Origin: Podarcis erhardii
Lineage: Eukaryota
Assembly: GCA_964252035.1 (NCBI GenBank)
Contig: OZ176203.1
DNA: 64,000 nt
Direction: 5' to 3' (one strand)
This document shows, one piece after another, positions 1 through 13,200 of this stretch (positions are counted from its first letter, which is position 1; each line of letters begins with the position of its first letter). The notes under the pieces were generated by a model. The model was not told where the DNA came from and searched no databases. It saw nothing but the letters and a program-made list of their open reading frames with translations. The position numbers were made by a program, and so were the translations under genes.

Positions 1-84
1 CAAGTCCTGGGTCAGAAAAGAGTGAACTCTGGCAAGTTCCCGTCTGCCCAAGGAATAAGAAGCAGGACATTTTGTATAGGGATT

Positions 85-1482
85 CTCAAATACTGAATTC
101 CTCAAAAATCCCAGAAATCTCAGAAACTTGTCTGTAATCTTGGAGAATTCTTGGAGAACAGCTGAGGTCCCTGTAGATTGGAGGCAGGCAAATGTTCAAA
201 AATGTGGCAGGGAGAAGACCCCATTCACTACCAACCACCCAGTTTGACGTCAATACTAGGAAAGGTCCTAGAACAGATAATTAAATGGTCAGTCTCTGAG
301 CACTTAGAAAAGTATGTTGTGATTACTAAGACCGAGCATGGGTGTATCAAAAACAAGGCATGGCAGATGAATCTCATTTCTTTTGAAATGAGCTTGGTGG
401 ATCAGGGGAATGCTGTAGATGTGGTGTATATTGATTTCAGTAAGGGTTTTGTCATTGTTCCCCATGAAATCCTTGTGGAGGAGTTGGAAAAACATGGGCT
501 GGATGAGGTAACTGCTAGGTGGATTTGTGGCTGTTTGACTGACCGATCCCAGAGAGTGCTCACTAATGGTTCCTCATCATCCTGGAAAACAAGTGACAAG
601 TGACATTCTTTCCTGGGCTCATTGTTGTTCAATATCTTTATAAACAACTTGGATGATGGAATGGATGCAGATGACACCAAACTGGGTTTCAAGATTACCT
701 TAACAGATTGTAGTATTGAGCCCAAACTAACAAAATAAAATTCAATAGGGACAAATTTCAGGTTCTACACTTAGGCAGGAAGAAACAGCTTTACAAATAT
801 AAGGCAGGAGACTCCTGGCTTGCCAGTAGTACATGTGGAAAGGATCTATGGGTCTTAGTAGACTACAAGCTTAATGTGAGTCCATAGTGTGATGCAGCAG
901 CAGCAAAAAAAAGTGAATGCTATTCTAGACTGCATTAACAGAAGTATAGTGTCCCAGTCAGTGGAAGTCATAGTACCACTTTATTCTGCCTTGGAGTCCT
1001 GTTTCCTGTTCTAGGCACCACAATTTAAGAAGGCTATTGACAAGCTGGAATATGTGCAGAGGAAAGCAACCAAGATGATCAAGGATCTTATGAGGAATGG
1101 TTGAGGGAGCTGGGTATGTTTAGCCAGCAAAAGAGGACATTGAGAGGAGATATGACAGCCATCTTCAATTCTCTAAAGGGCTATTGCATGGAAGAGGGAG
1201 CAAGCTTGCTTTTTCTTGCTCCGGAAAGAGGACCCGAACCAGGCAGGAAGAGAATCCAATTAGGGAAGGAGAATCCAATTAAACATCAGGAAGAACTTTC
1301 TGATGGCAAGAGCTGTTTGACAGTGGAACGGACTCCCTTGGAAGGTGGTGGACTCTCTTTCACTGGATGTTTTAAAGCAGAGGTTGGATGACCATCTGTC
1401 ATAGATGGGTTGTTGAGATTCCTACATTTCAGCGGTTGGACTAAGAGGCCCTTTCAGTTCTACAATTCTATGATTCTGTGAT
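85..1482 (+). mobile_element. CR1 LINE, 5'-truncated and decayed (RT region plus 3' UTR)
   Basis: ORF 178-603 carries CR1 RT motifs (SLTSILGKVLEQIIK, VDVVYIDFSKGF, LTDRSQRVL). It is colinear with the CR1 at 50.9-52.4 kb and ends in a ttctatgattctgtgat tail. Confidence 0.9.
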
Positions 1483-4400
1483 CATTGGGTTGTCATCTGG
1501 AGACCAGTATTAATGTTGCTTTAGGAGTGCTCCAAGCTAGTTATTCCTCTCTGCCATGGACAGCATAGTGATCTATTACTCTCTGTTAAAAACAAACAAT
1601 CCCAACTTTTTTATTTATTTATTGCACCATATAAACATGGTTTAATGGCATACTAAAGTACTTCCTTGCAGGAAGAAATCAATATGTTTGCTCAGCCAAA
1701 TTCTCATGGACTTTTAAGGAAATAATATTTTATAAGGCAATCTAGAAACAAGAACATGAGATGTTCTTAGCTCTGTGCAGCACATAAAACATTTATAGGT
1801 ACCTAATGAATGATATTACTACTTATAATGGATAAAAGGTCTTTGAAGACACACGCACAAACACATACACACACATTTAAACATGACCAAGGAGAAAAGG
1901 GTCGTTGTGTGTGGGAGCCATAGCTGGGTCTCTCAACATTTGTGGCAATGAAAAAGGGGAATTGGTTTTACAGCTCTCATCAAATTTGGAACCCTCCACA
2001 ACAGCCTTAGAGTTAATAGTCGTCCCTGCCCCCCGAAATTAAATATGAGACATAGTAGAGGTGACTAAAGCAGACTCTCATCCTGCACCCCAGATTCAGT
2101 ATGGACTATTATTTAATTCTCATTAAGCAAATGTACCACAAACTGCTATTGATTTAGTTTTGCTTGCACTGTTGTTACTTGAGCAAATCACTTTTGATGC
2201 TAGTGACTTGAGTAATTATTTTCCTGCCCTAAAGAGATTTACAATTGAGATTGATAACTTTGTGGTACTGATGTACAAATGAATACATAATACATTCTAA
2301 ATGTATTTGTAACTGTCTTTTTATCCTTTCTTTTCTCGACCCAGCAGCCACAATTGCTTGAGAGTGTGCGCCAGGGTATTTCTATTCAGTTTTTGAATAT
2401 GTGAAATTAAGAAATCAAACCTTTTCAGCCTCTAAGTGAATTTTTGCAATTCAAAATGTAAAGCAGTTGTGGCTTTTACAATGCCACACATTTTTGTAGC
2501 CTTGAAACCAAAGGAAATGAATAGTTAAAAATCAATGAGTGATTTCAAGAGCTCTCTTTCTTCATTTTTGTTCAGTGCTTCATCAATTGCTCTTCATGCA
2601 ACCCTCTTTCACAGACAAGCAGTCTGAGGCAGAACGTGAAGTTGAGCACACAATGGTCTAATAGGAAAGGGGAAATTTCAGGTACAAATATGATTTGGCA
2701 ATGGATGGATCCATGGTGTGTCCATCTATTCTCATTCCTAATGACCACATATTTTCTCTCCAAAGAGCTAGTTGTGCAAATAGGTGAGCAGGTACATTGC
2801 AGTGTAGTTACAGAGTATGTATTTAGATAGGGGCAGTGAACTCTAGGCAGCTGAATGGGGTCAGCCATTCACTTCTGGAGACTCCTGTGACAATAAAAAT
2901 GTGATCCAGACACATGGCTTATAAAATGGGGGAAAGGAATAATAAAAGAGTTTATTTTGTTGATGGTTGATAAGACTGCAGGTGAAGTTCCACCTCTGAC
3001 AGGAATTCACTTTGAGGCGAAGAAATTAAGATAAATGAACTTTTTCTGGATACGTTGAAACAATGGAGGGGGCAACACATTTCTAGACTAAGTTTCCAAT
3101 GACAGGAGAGGGAGTAACATTGATTCTGACGGTTGTACTTTTGATATGTGCATTTTCTGTATACCTCCAAGGTACTCCCTGTGGCATGCGTGGTCCTCCC
3201 CCTCATCATTTTGTAACCACAAGAGCACTGTGGGGGCAGGAAGGGCTGCAGTGTCTTATGGTAGGACTGCATGCTTTCAACTTTTCATCCAAAGCTCCTT
3301 TTTAACAGTGCTCACAGCATTACATCTCCACATGTACTGTGTTGAATATGCATGGCATATCAAAGATGATTCCTCTTCTTTGATTTTTTTCTGATTGATT
3401 ATGCTGTGTCTATTTATATGGGTCATGTATGTGACAACCTTGTTACCTTGGCATATAAGCTCTACTATGTGGACCTTCCTGTGCCATTTTTGTACACGAT
3501 ATGCACACTTGCTTAATATAGAGATGAACTACAGTTAAATGATTATGAAAGGCTTTTTTTTTTTTGAGAAATTGAATTTATTTTTTAAAAAACAGTATTT
3601 ACTTTAATAGGGCAGCCTTTCATTTGCTATTCTGTCTTTGGCTTACATTAGTGCTTTTCTATTTGGTTCAACATGATAATAAGGTATTGTTAGGCCAGTC
3701 CTAGATTACCTGCTAATATCTCAGCACAGCAGGTGAAGCAGAAAATCCTTGTGGAGAACTGAAGTAAGTTATGTTTATTCAAAGTACCTCCCCCACCCAA
3801 AGATATTTGGAGATGACAGTAAAGGATGGATTCTATCACCTAACATACACATTTTTTGACTGTGAAAACACTGAAGTGGAGAACTGAGTAAACAGAAACA
3901 GGCAAAACTGAGAATAGTTTCTCAATAGTTTGTGCAATCTATAGAAAATTCAGTCTATTAATATAATCTGCCTATAAATAGCATTAGTATACCATAATGA
4001 ATCCTTTGGAGCTGAGCTGAGGCATACAAAATAAGTAGATTTACCCCCAACAAATTCAAATGTATATATATTTTCCTCTGGCAAAAGGGGGTTGCCATAT
4101 TGGTCAAGATTTCTATCCCTGTATAGGTGTGGGGCCCTGAGGGAGGAGGGGTGTGGGTTGAGGAAGAAAGGGAAGGGCCAAGAGGGGCAAGAGCCCAAGG
4201 AAGCTGCAGTCTGCCCTGCCTTGCCAATAGAGTACTGGTACTTTTTAATGCAGCCACTGGGTTTTTTAGGCAGTGGGGTTTCAGGCTGTGGGAGATTCTT
4301 TGGGGGAAGGTTCTCAGATCCTGTTTGGAGTTTGGTGGCAGAGGGTTCAAGAGTGAGACGCAGACTCTGGCGCCAACAGATCCACATGCTGAGAGCCAGG

Positions 4401-5383
4401 GCATGAATACATCTCCCACTCAGGTCTCCCATTATAGGATTCTGCAGCTGACAATTTCTGGTCTGCGGCCACGATGTCTGTGGATGGACTTAATTGCTAA
4501 AGCATTCATGTGGCACAAAAGGTAGCCTGCCCCTTGGTTTTGTTCCCACACATTGATCTTTTAGCCTTTCTTCTAGAGACCTTTAAAAGAATGCTAAATC
4601 TCTGACATTTCAAGTCAGACTCTTGGACCGAAAAGAAAAGGCCTTCTGGTCCAGGACAAAAAGCAATGCTTTAAATTTTTTGAAATGAAAAGCATTGCAA
4701 AGTACACAAATGCTCATCAGCCAAAACGGCTGCACAAAATATTCACTTAATTCAACATTCTCCTAGCAATTAGCATACTCTGCCCTTCTGAGCTAACTTC
4801 AAAAAGGCTCATTTTGCCAAATTGCCAAATTGCTGCTTCTTTGCCTTCACTTTTCCCAACCTCTTTTGCCCTCACTGTCCCTTAACTTGTCTAGCTGTGG
4901 CAACCTTGTGATTTTGTTTTTTAATTACCACGAAATCACCATGTCAGACAGAGCATTTTTTTGGTGGCGGAGTGAAGATATAGCAGGTAGAGAAGATCCC
5001 TCACTAACCTTTGATGGAGACAAAGACAGAGTTGGCATCCCCAGGGGGGGAAATAGGTGAAAACATGTTGGCCACATGGAAGAGTATTGGAAGGGTATGG
5101 CTGACATCTGTCTGTATTGGGAATCAATCAAGGCATATGCCTTTGGGGGTGAAAGGCATATGCTCCTGCTGCGGTTGTGGAGTAGAAGCTGTTTTATAGT
5201 GTTTGGGGTAGAAATCGAATGACAACTACAATAACTACCACTGCTACTAATAGATAAAGAACAATGCATAGGAGCTACACATATTGCAAATGAGTTGACT
5301 AGCAAGCCTTGATTCTGCTGAAACCATTCCTTTAGTCTTCCTTTAAAAAGCTTGCTGGGTTGCTGCTTTGAGGCAAGGTACAC

Positions 5384-5384
<1 letters not shown>

Positions 5385-5424
<40 letters not shown>
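5385..5424. repeat. (TG)n microsatellite
   Basis: About 20 perfect TG units. Confidence 0.97.
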
Positions 5425-5428
<4 letters not shown>

Positions 5429-7025
5429 AATGACACAAGACCGCAGACTATTACAAGTCTGAGACATCACTCACAATTAACACATTCTCATTAGAACTTG
5501 GTGATTGCTCCCTTTGGGTGGGCAGACAGGCAGGGAAGCAGGCAAGTGGCTGTCTTTAAAACTAATGACAAAGCTGCTTTGTTAATTAGCCGGCAGGGGG
5601 TGGCCAATTTCCTGTCTGCCTATAAACCAGACACTGAGTGCAGCATCATTTCTATGAAGTGTGCTGCCTCTGATGTATTGGATGTTTTAAGAGCTATGGT
5701 TTTCCAGATTGGGGACTTTCTGCCAGTAATCTAAAGCACTACTGCTGTTGCATTTGCAAATTATTTTCTTCCTATTAAATCCCTAGTAAAAGGGCAGAGA
5801 GTACCATCAATGCAAGCTTCTCTATAAAGCTATGTACTTTGTCTCGTCATCACATCTACAGAAGTGAGTGGCCATAGAAAAAATATTGTTCTCCCTGCCC
5901 CCTTTCCTTTTTCTGAATAAAAATCTAACACATTTATAGAACTAAAAAGAAGTTCATCCAGACACACCAATTTTCTTTCACTCCCTTGTATACGCAATCA
6001 TGTTCCTTAGCTCTTTTGTACTCAGGTGCCATTTTTTCACTGTTATAAAGGGGCTCCTGAGAGGACCTGAAATAATTACACATCACATTTAAAGAAAAAT
6101 AATTTGAAAAACCTCAGGAAGAGGCTAGATTCAAAATGACCAATCAGAAAGTCTCAAAAGAAATGCCTGATGATGCCTTCCTTTCAGTTCTAAGGAAACA
6201 TTTCTCAAAAGAAAGGCCATCATTAAACCCAGAGCATAAAACATTTGGGTAGAAAGGAGGAGGAGGGAAACACTAAGCTGTTTAGCAATCTGGCTTCATC
6301 TCAGCTGAAAAGATATTGGTGGTCAGCAGGTCCAAGCATTCTTCACCTCTTGTTGACCAGCTGACCTTATGAGATCCCCAGAAGACAAGCCACTCGCTTA
6401 GGAAACGGGAGCAGAAGGTCACAGCCACCTCTGCAAGTGGGGGCGGGATGTTCCACCAAGAGCCATGCAAAATGCCATCAATTAAAATTCATTAGTCCAG
6501 AAGAAGTGTTGAGTGTGCACAGATGCTGCTATTACAAGTGTAACACCAGTAATTAGGAAGCAAAAGGAGGACTTCACAGCCTATACAATCTCTCTGTGCT
6601 TTCATATGCTTTGCCATAACTTAAATTTTGGTAGATTTCCCCTCCTTTGATCACAGATAAGGCTGAGTGAAGTCTTACCTCATGCCAGTTTTCTTTTTGT
6701 GTATAAATCAAAAAAGCTATTCCCCCCTTTCAGCATGTAAGCATGTAAGCATGCATTTGTTAGACTTCTCTGCACCACTTTTTCTGCTTCTTCTTTGCTA
6801 TTTTTAAAAACTTTAATTTTTCAGTGTCTGAAAGTACTTATAAGAAACAATTCCCATATATCCCCACCCCAAGAAGCATTCCATGCATGTACAATGTAAA
6901 TGATACAGTATAAAATTAAGCAGGTTTAGAGTTGATTATGTCAGTTAAGTGTCTTCTCTCCACCTTGACAGATTGTCTCAGAGTCAGCCGTGGGCAGCTG
7001 CTGATGCTCAGAACTGACTTGCTGT

Positions 7026-7379
7026 GTGATATGATAGCCATGTTCAAATATATAAAAGGATGTCACATAGAGGAGGGAGAAAGGTTGTTTTCTGCTGCTC
7101 CAGAGAAGCGGACACGGAGCAATGGATCCAAACTACAAGAAAGAAGATTCCACCTAAACATTAGGAAGAACTTCCTGACAGTAAGAGCTGTTCAACAGTG
7201 GAATTTGCTGCCAAGGAGTGTGGTGGAGTCTCCTTCTTTGGAGGTCTTTAAGCAGAGGCTTGACAACCATATGTTAGGAGTGCTCTGATGGTGTTTCCTG
7301 CTTGGCAGGGGGTTGGACTCGATGGCCCTTGTGGTCTCTTCCAACTCTATGATTCTATGATTCGATTCTATTCTATGAT
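7026..7379 (+). mobile_element. Young CR1 LINE 3' fragment
   Basis: Encodes the ORF2 C-terminus ([11 protein letters not shown]...RQQWN-type region, FKQRLDNH) plus 3' UTR and (attctatg)n tail. It differs at 5 positions from 52113-52445 over about 333 bp. Confidence 0.95.
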
Positions 7380-8849
7380 GCCATTTGATCCAATGGGCTG
7401 AGGTCACCCATGTGACTAGGTTGATGACATCATGTAGATATATCTGTCGTGACTGTGTCATAATGCTACATCTGGTTGATGTTGTAATAGACACTCATGG
7501 ACAAAATCCCAAGTGACTTCACAGACAATAGGATTAAACAGCTCTCTGGGCAATGAGGCCAAGAGCAAAGAAAGCAAAGAAAAGGAAGGAAAGTGATGCC
7601 ATGAAGCAGATACAGAAAATCTAAAAGGTGCTGAAAAACATAAAAACAAGGTGAATAATCCCCCCCCCCCCCGCTGCCTGTAATTTAACTGACTGCTTCA
7701 AATATGCTAATTTGAAAGTGAATGCCAAACCTAGAGAATATTCAGTGCACCTTCAGCCAGAAGAAATATTTCCTGCCTTCTTTAACAAGTTCCTGGACTT
7801 CTGCTTTCTAATTTGGTTTAAGGCGCATAGCAAAAATCAATGAGATTACTGGATGGCAAGAAAAGTCCTGGGCTATTAAAAGTGCATTTAGTAATGATAG
7901 ATGTCAATATTTAGTCAAGGAAAAAAAATTAAAGCCCATTTTATTCTTAATACATTTTCATGTGGCCTGTCATAGCTGACAGATGGCTTATCTCTTGGAG
8001 TACATCTGCAGTGTTCTGAAATAAATAGACTGCTGTCTTCAGGCTAGCTGGTAAAAAGTGCACAGCACCCAGCGCCAGAAATAAAGAGGCAAGACACAAG
8101 TAAGTGGGTTGAACGAGGACTACAATTTTTTAAACTTCAAGGCAGATATGATGAGAGACTGCATGGGATGCTAGCTCTTCATGGATTAGTCCCACAGCTG
8201 GCCTGGTCAACTAAATGAGATGGCCTGCTGGCATGACTTGGCTCCCTCTAGAAACTGCAACTGTAAGTTACAGGTTCACATAGCAGGAAGACATAACTTC
8301 TTGTTAGGTAGATTTTATCACGTTGGGCCACCTTCAGTCTTGTTCCAGTTCTTCCAGACTTCCGAGTGTCCTGCTAGCACCCATGTCAGCCAAGGTGATG
8401 TTTCTGGGCACCTTCCCATACTCATGCTGCCACCGGTATTTCCCACTGTCTACCTTCTGGAAAAAAGACACAACACAAGAAGAAAGCAAGACATGAACAA
8501 AATGGCCACAGCCAGTCAGTTGACATATCACAGTTAAAGGCCAACCCAAAAGACGGAACATCTCACAGGATGTGAAAAACATGCCAGCCATATGGCCAGT
8601 CAGGGATGACACCAAAATACCTTCCTGACTCACTGAAAGAGCCAACAGCCAGTCTGCTCCTTTATTCAAGTGTGGGGGTAGATTTGCCTGCCTGATTGCC
8701 CTGCCTGTAGCTAAATATAAGTGTGGGCCATGCCTTTCTCCCACAGTCTTATGAGACCTTCAAACCAAACCTCAGATCTTGCAAAACTGAAAGCAATATG
8801 CCTGTAACTTCACAGTGTAAGTAAGATCTTTTGGGCTGGGTGGTCCTAG

Positions 8850-9630
8850 GTAGCAGTGAGAAAATGAAGAGAACAGACATCAATAGGTGGGATTAGACAT
8901 AACAAAGGTCTTATATATCCTGCACTCTCACATCCGGGAGATGAGGAGATGGCCAGTCCTAGAGAGGGTTGTGCTTCCCTGGAAGGAGCATGTGTGCAGC
9001 TTGAGGGTGCTCCTGGCTTCAACACTGCCAATGAAGGCTCAGGTGGCCATGGTAGCTGGGAGTGCCTTTTTCCAGCTAAGGCCCCTTGTTGGACAGAAAT
9101 GACTTGGCTACTGCACTCCATGCTCTGGTACCTTCCAGACTGCATTATTGTTATGTGCTCTGCATGGGGCTACACTTGAAGATGACGTGGAAACTTCAAT
9201 TGGTCCAAAATGCAGTGGCCAGATTACTAGCTGTGGTTCATTTTGATGCCAAACTTCCCACAACAATTTGGATCCCATATAATCCCTGTTTTAAAACAGC
9301 TGCGTTGGTTGTTGGTTTGTTTCTGAGCTCAATTCAAGGTACTCACATTGGTGTTTAAATCCTTAAAATGACTCAGTCCCCAGCTATCTGAAAGACAACC
9401 TCCATCCCCACAGACCCTCTCAGGTGTTAGGATTAGTAGAGGGGGCCCTCTTGGTAGTTCCCCCATCCTCCAAAGCTCAGGGGATGGTGACCTAGGAGAA
9501 GGCATTCTCTGTGGCAGCTCCTAAATTATAGAACTTCTGCCCCACAGAATTGTGCCTGGAGTCTTCATTCTACAGTTTTCAGCAAATGCTGAAGATGCAC
9601 CTCCTTATCATGGCCTTTGAGACCTGGGAT
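8850..9630 (+). mobile_element. L2 LINE, old 3' fragment
   Basis: Translation includes ALHALVPSRLHYCYVLCMGL...KLQLVQNAVARLL, an L2 RT C-terminal signature. The 3' UTR appears to resume at about 10206-10335. Confidence 0.75.
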
Positions 9631-9633
9631 AGA

Positions 9634-10205
9634 CAGTTGCAATCGAAATTATTAAACCCCTATAGCAAATCAGGTTTATTATCAAAATTTACAGACTGTC
9701 AGCTGTTTGCAATGAGCAAACAAAACAAAAACAATTGAAATAGCTCAACATAATGGATGCTTCAAGTGGTTTCCCCAAATTCAGCTGAAAATGCAACTTA
9801 TACTGGCTTCCCTAGTCTCACTATTATTCAACCCGCTGAACAGAATCCCTCACAACAGCACAGATACCACAAGTGTTGTCTCAAGCATACCTCATGCAAC
9901 TAATCAAGGGCTTCAATAGTTGCGCTTGAGCTGCAACAATGAAATACCTGAACTGGCCAGGGGTTTGCTGAGTGTCAAATTTTGAAATGTTAGAAATATG
10001 GTTAAGTCAAGAGAATGGTCCGAGAAGGTAAGAGAAGAGATCATTGCCCTTCACAAACAAGGAGCAGGATACAAAAAAATAGTGAGGGCACTGAATGTTC
10101 CGAGAGACACTGTTGGAAGCATAGTTTGCAAGTTAAAGGAACAGTGGTTACACTACCTGGATGGGGCAGAAGAAGGAAGCTATCTGTGGCAGAAACCAGT
10201 TTTCT
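9634..10205 (+). mobile_element. Tc1-like (IR/DR type) transposon, left end and transposase N-terminus
   Basis: Starts CAGTTGCAATCGAAATTATTAAACCCC, with an inner repeat TATTATTCAACCC at 9822-9834. ORF from 9998 reads MVKSREWSEKVREEIIALHKQGAGYKKIVRALNVPRDTVGSIV, then frameshifts to GTVVTLPGWGRRRKLS (paired-like HTH plus GRxR-type hook). Confidence 0.85.
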
Positions 10206-13200
10206 ATATCTTTTCAGGACCCGTTCTGTTTTTAGTGATAGCATTTTAAAATAATTGTCTGTTTTTAAAATGGTTTTTCATGTTGTATTTTGAATTGGAA
10301 CCTGAGGGTGAAGGATGGGTAATAAATTAAAATTGTGAACAACCACCACCACCAGAATATGTAATCACTTTATTCATGACACAGCATGTTCTCTCCATCT
10401 ACTCCCTTGGTACCAATTTGAATAATCTATCCTGGTGAGGTGATGTATCTAGGAAGACTGACTGTGCTCCAGATCAAGTTCAGTTGCTGTTGGGGGGGGT
10501 AGGACAGAGGGTGCGGGGGGACAACCTCTCTCTCACCCTGGGCTCAGCTGAGCTGTCATCTCAAACATGATGACTGCAGGGAACTGATAGGGTGAAAGTG
10601 GGGTTGGAGAAAGGGCATTTCTTGGCCTTCAACCCACCTGCTGCCATTTCCACCTGGCTAGGCAGGGCCACCACTCACTTCAATCAGGGTGAGAGTGGTA
10701 GAGCGGCAGCACCATAATAGCTCCAGAACACTTCTCAGGCCATCAGCTCAGTGCTCTGTAACTGACAACTAGCAGCTGTATTTGAGATGATATGGAGTGC
10801 TTTCTGTGCTGGTGTCTGTGAAGGCTAGCTACTTTCTGCCATTTTGTGTTCATGTTTTGGTAGGATCCAACTCCTTTTTGAGAGCCCCCCCCCCAAAAAA
10901 AAGAGAGTTAGTGAGCACTGCCATTCAAATAATGTGCATGCACTGTGTCTTGTGATCAATTCTGTGGGGCAAGGCTTGCATGAATTTGATTCAAGTTGGC
11001 ACCACTGGCACTGATGGTAAGACTTGGGTCATAAAACACTGGCCATTTGGGGGCTTTCCTGTGGTTGGTGTCTCTGGTGCTCCCACCAGTGTCACTTTTC
11101 CTTGCCTGCCTGTTTGCAGCCAGAAGGGGAGTTCTGGTAGTGGGCAATGCTGGTGTCACTCTGCAGGTGGTGGCAAGTGGGAAGTGAAATGAACCCAGTA
11201 GCTCAAAAGGTTCTGGACTGCTCTGCCAGACTTGAGGGAAGTTGCAGTGGTGCTATCTTGTCTAGTCTGATGCCCTTGAAATTTTCTTCTCTTGCCTTGA
11301 AATAGGCTTAGTTCTTCTTAGCAGATATAGAACATTGGTTCATTTAATATTTCAGCAGCCACCAGTGTGATATGAGGGTGGGTTCCCTCTGTTCCTCTGA
11401 CTTCCTTCCCCCACTGCAGGAGATGCCATTCCCTCTAGGTTAGGCTTTTCAGGGGCTTTTCAGAGAGGGCAGCCCAGCAAGGCCCTGACATACAATTTTA
11501 TGTATTTAGTTCTAGTGGAAAATAATCTTAGCTGAGCTACCTTTAAAAGATAAGAAACAATTCTCTTCAGAATTACACTTTGATTGAAGTGCAAAAGTTC
11601 AAAGCCAAAACTAGCTAAATATATAGTGGAGAAAATAGCACACATTCCTTAGTAATGAAAAGTATAGCAATTTATCACATGCTACATTTGTCTAGTTTGA
11701 CTTTCATTTTTTATATATATCTAAAAGTTTAAAAAAAGGAAAATTATAGGTATATTTCATTGAAGCATAAAGAACTCCTGAAGGCTCATTGCAAACTCTC
11801 ACCCCGCACGTGAAATGAAAAAAGAGGAGGCGGCAGTGGATTTAAGTAACTGCAGACAATCGGTATTGTAAATAATTGAAAATGCAAGATATCAATTAAG
11901 TTAATTGCAAGTAGCCACAGGTACCTTATCTTCGCCCATATTAAAATGCAAAGCAATTATTGCAAAGTTGTGATAAGAAATGTACACAATGAAATTCTAA
12001 CTCCAGCCACAGAGAAGCTAACTTTTATGGCACAGAGCAGAAGTTAAAGCTATAGGGCACCATCAGCTAAGATGCTTCCCTGTGGAAGCTCCATTGACAA
12101 GAAAGGGGGTTTCATGATTTCCATAGAGGCCGGCAAAGGCAGCAGCAGGTGAGCCACACCTATGGGGAAGAAACATCTACAGCCTCTCATGGAGCATCTT
12201 GCACCCACATCCTCCATTTCTACTGCAGTGAACAGGTGACCTAGCAAGCAGAGTTACTGCGGTTGGTTGGTTGGATGGATCTTTTTAGCACACTTTTTAG
12301 AGCACAGCAAACTGTACAAGATGTCTGCGTGCTCCACGTGGCATGGATGACGGCAGTAGGAAGGGACTCGCCTCTTGCTGCTCCTTGAGTCAAGTGCTCA
12401 ATTTCTGCTGCAGCAGAGAGGCAGCCTGGGAATAGGTGTTCCTAGACTTTGTTAAACGGGATGTTTTGAATGCTGAGGCACCAACTATAAGGGATGATTG
12501 CGGGCAGTTCCTGGTGTGGCACTGCTGGGTGGGCATGTCCCTTTGGTGAGAGGATGCAGCAGTAAGGAAGGCCAAGATGCGCTACTACACAATAATTATG
12601 TCTTGTGGTGAGTAATAAGCTTGGTATATGGGCTAGATAGTATACATGACAAGAAGGTCATTTTATTTTTTCTCCTCTGACTGGAGTTTAAGAGAATAAG
12701 TGTGATTTTGGTGCATTTGGGATGGCTGAGCAAAGGGTGAAGCGATGAGCAACATTGCCATTGATCCTGATGGGAGTTCATAACATGTTACAGGGTGAAA
12801 TTGGTAAACCTGATGAATTTTTAAAACAAAAATTTCTAGTTGCTGTGAAGAGGAAGATTTAGGATGTACAAAAAATACACAGAAAAATAAAGTTTGCGTG
12901 TTTTGAAAGATAACAAAAGCTTTCAGAGTCAGGCCCAACCCCACATCAAGTGCAGGAGCCCAAAGCGCCAGACATGTGGCCTGCCAAGTGAGGCGAATGC
13001 CAGGGCCCTCCGTGGCTGCCACTGGCCTCCTTTTATCTGTCTAGCCCTGAGACACTTTGGAAGAGGCACGCAAGCCTTTAAGAGAGTGTTTGAATTACAC
13101 CACCCATGTTGTCAAGTCATGTGACCAAGTGAGAGGGACTTAAGATCCACCTTAAGTTCCCCCTTTCTGGCCCCACCTCTGACACGCCCCTAGGTTAAAT

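Noticed and set aside
2344-2385. Strong + strand polypyrimidine acceptor followed by a possible roughly 31-nt exon
   Set aside because: The donor (gtattt) is weak, no peptide is recognisable, and no partner exons were found.
3731-3770. Possible micro-exon ending at aa|gtaagt; gtggagaactga repeated about 130 bp later
   Set aside because: No polypyrimidine tract, no recognisable peptide, and a 12-bp repeat is plausible by chance.
4925-5470. 181-aa minus-strand ORF with a (TH)n run
   Set aside because: The repeat comes from the (TG)n microsatellite, and the rest has no domain similarity.
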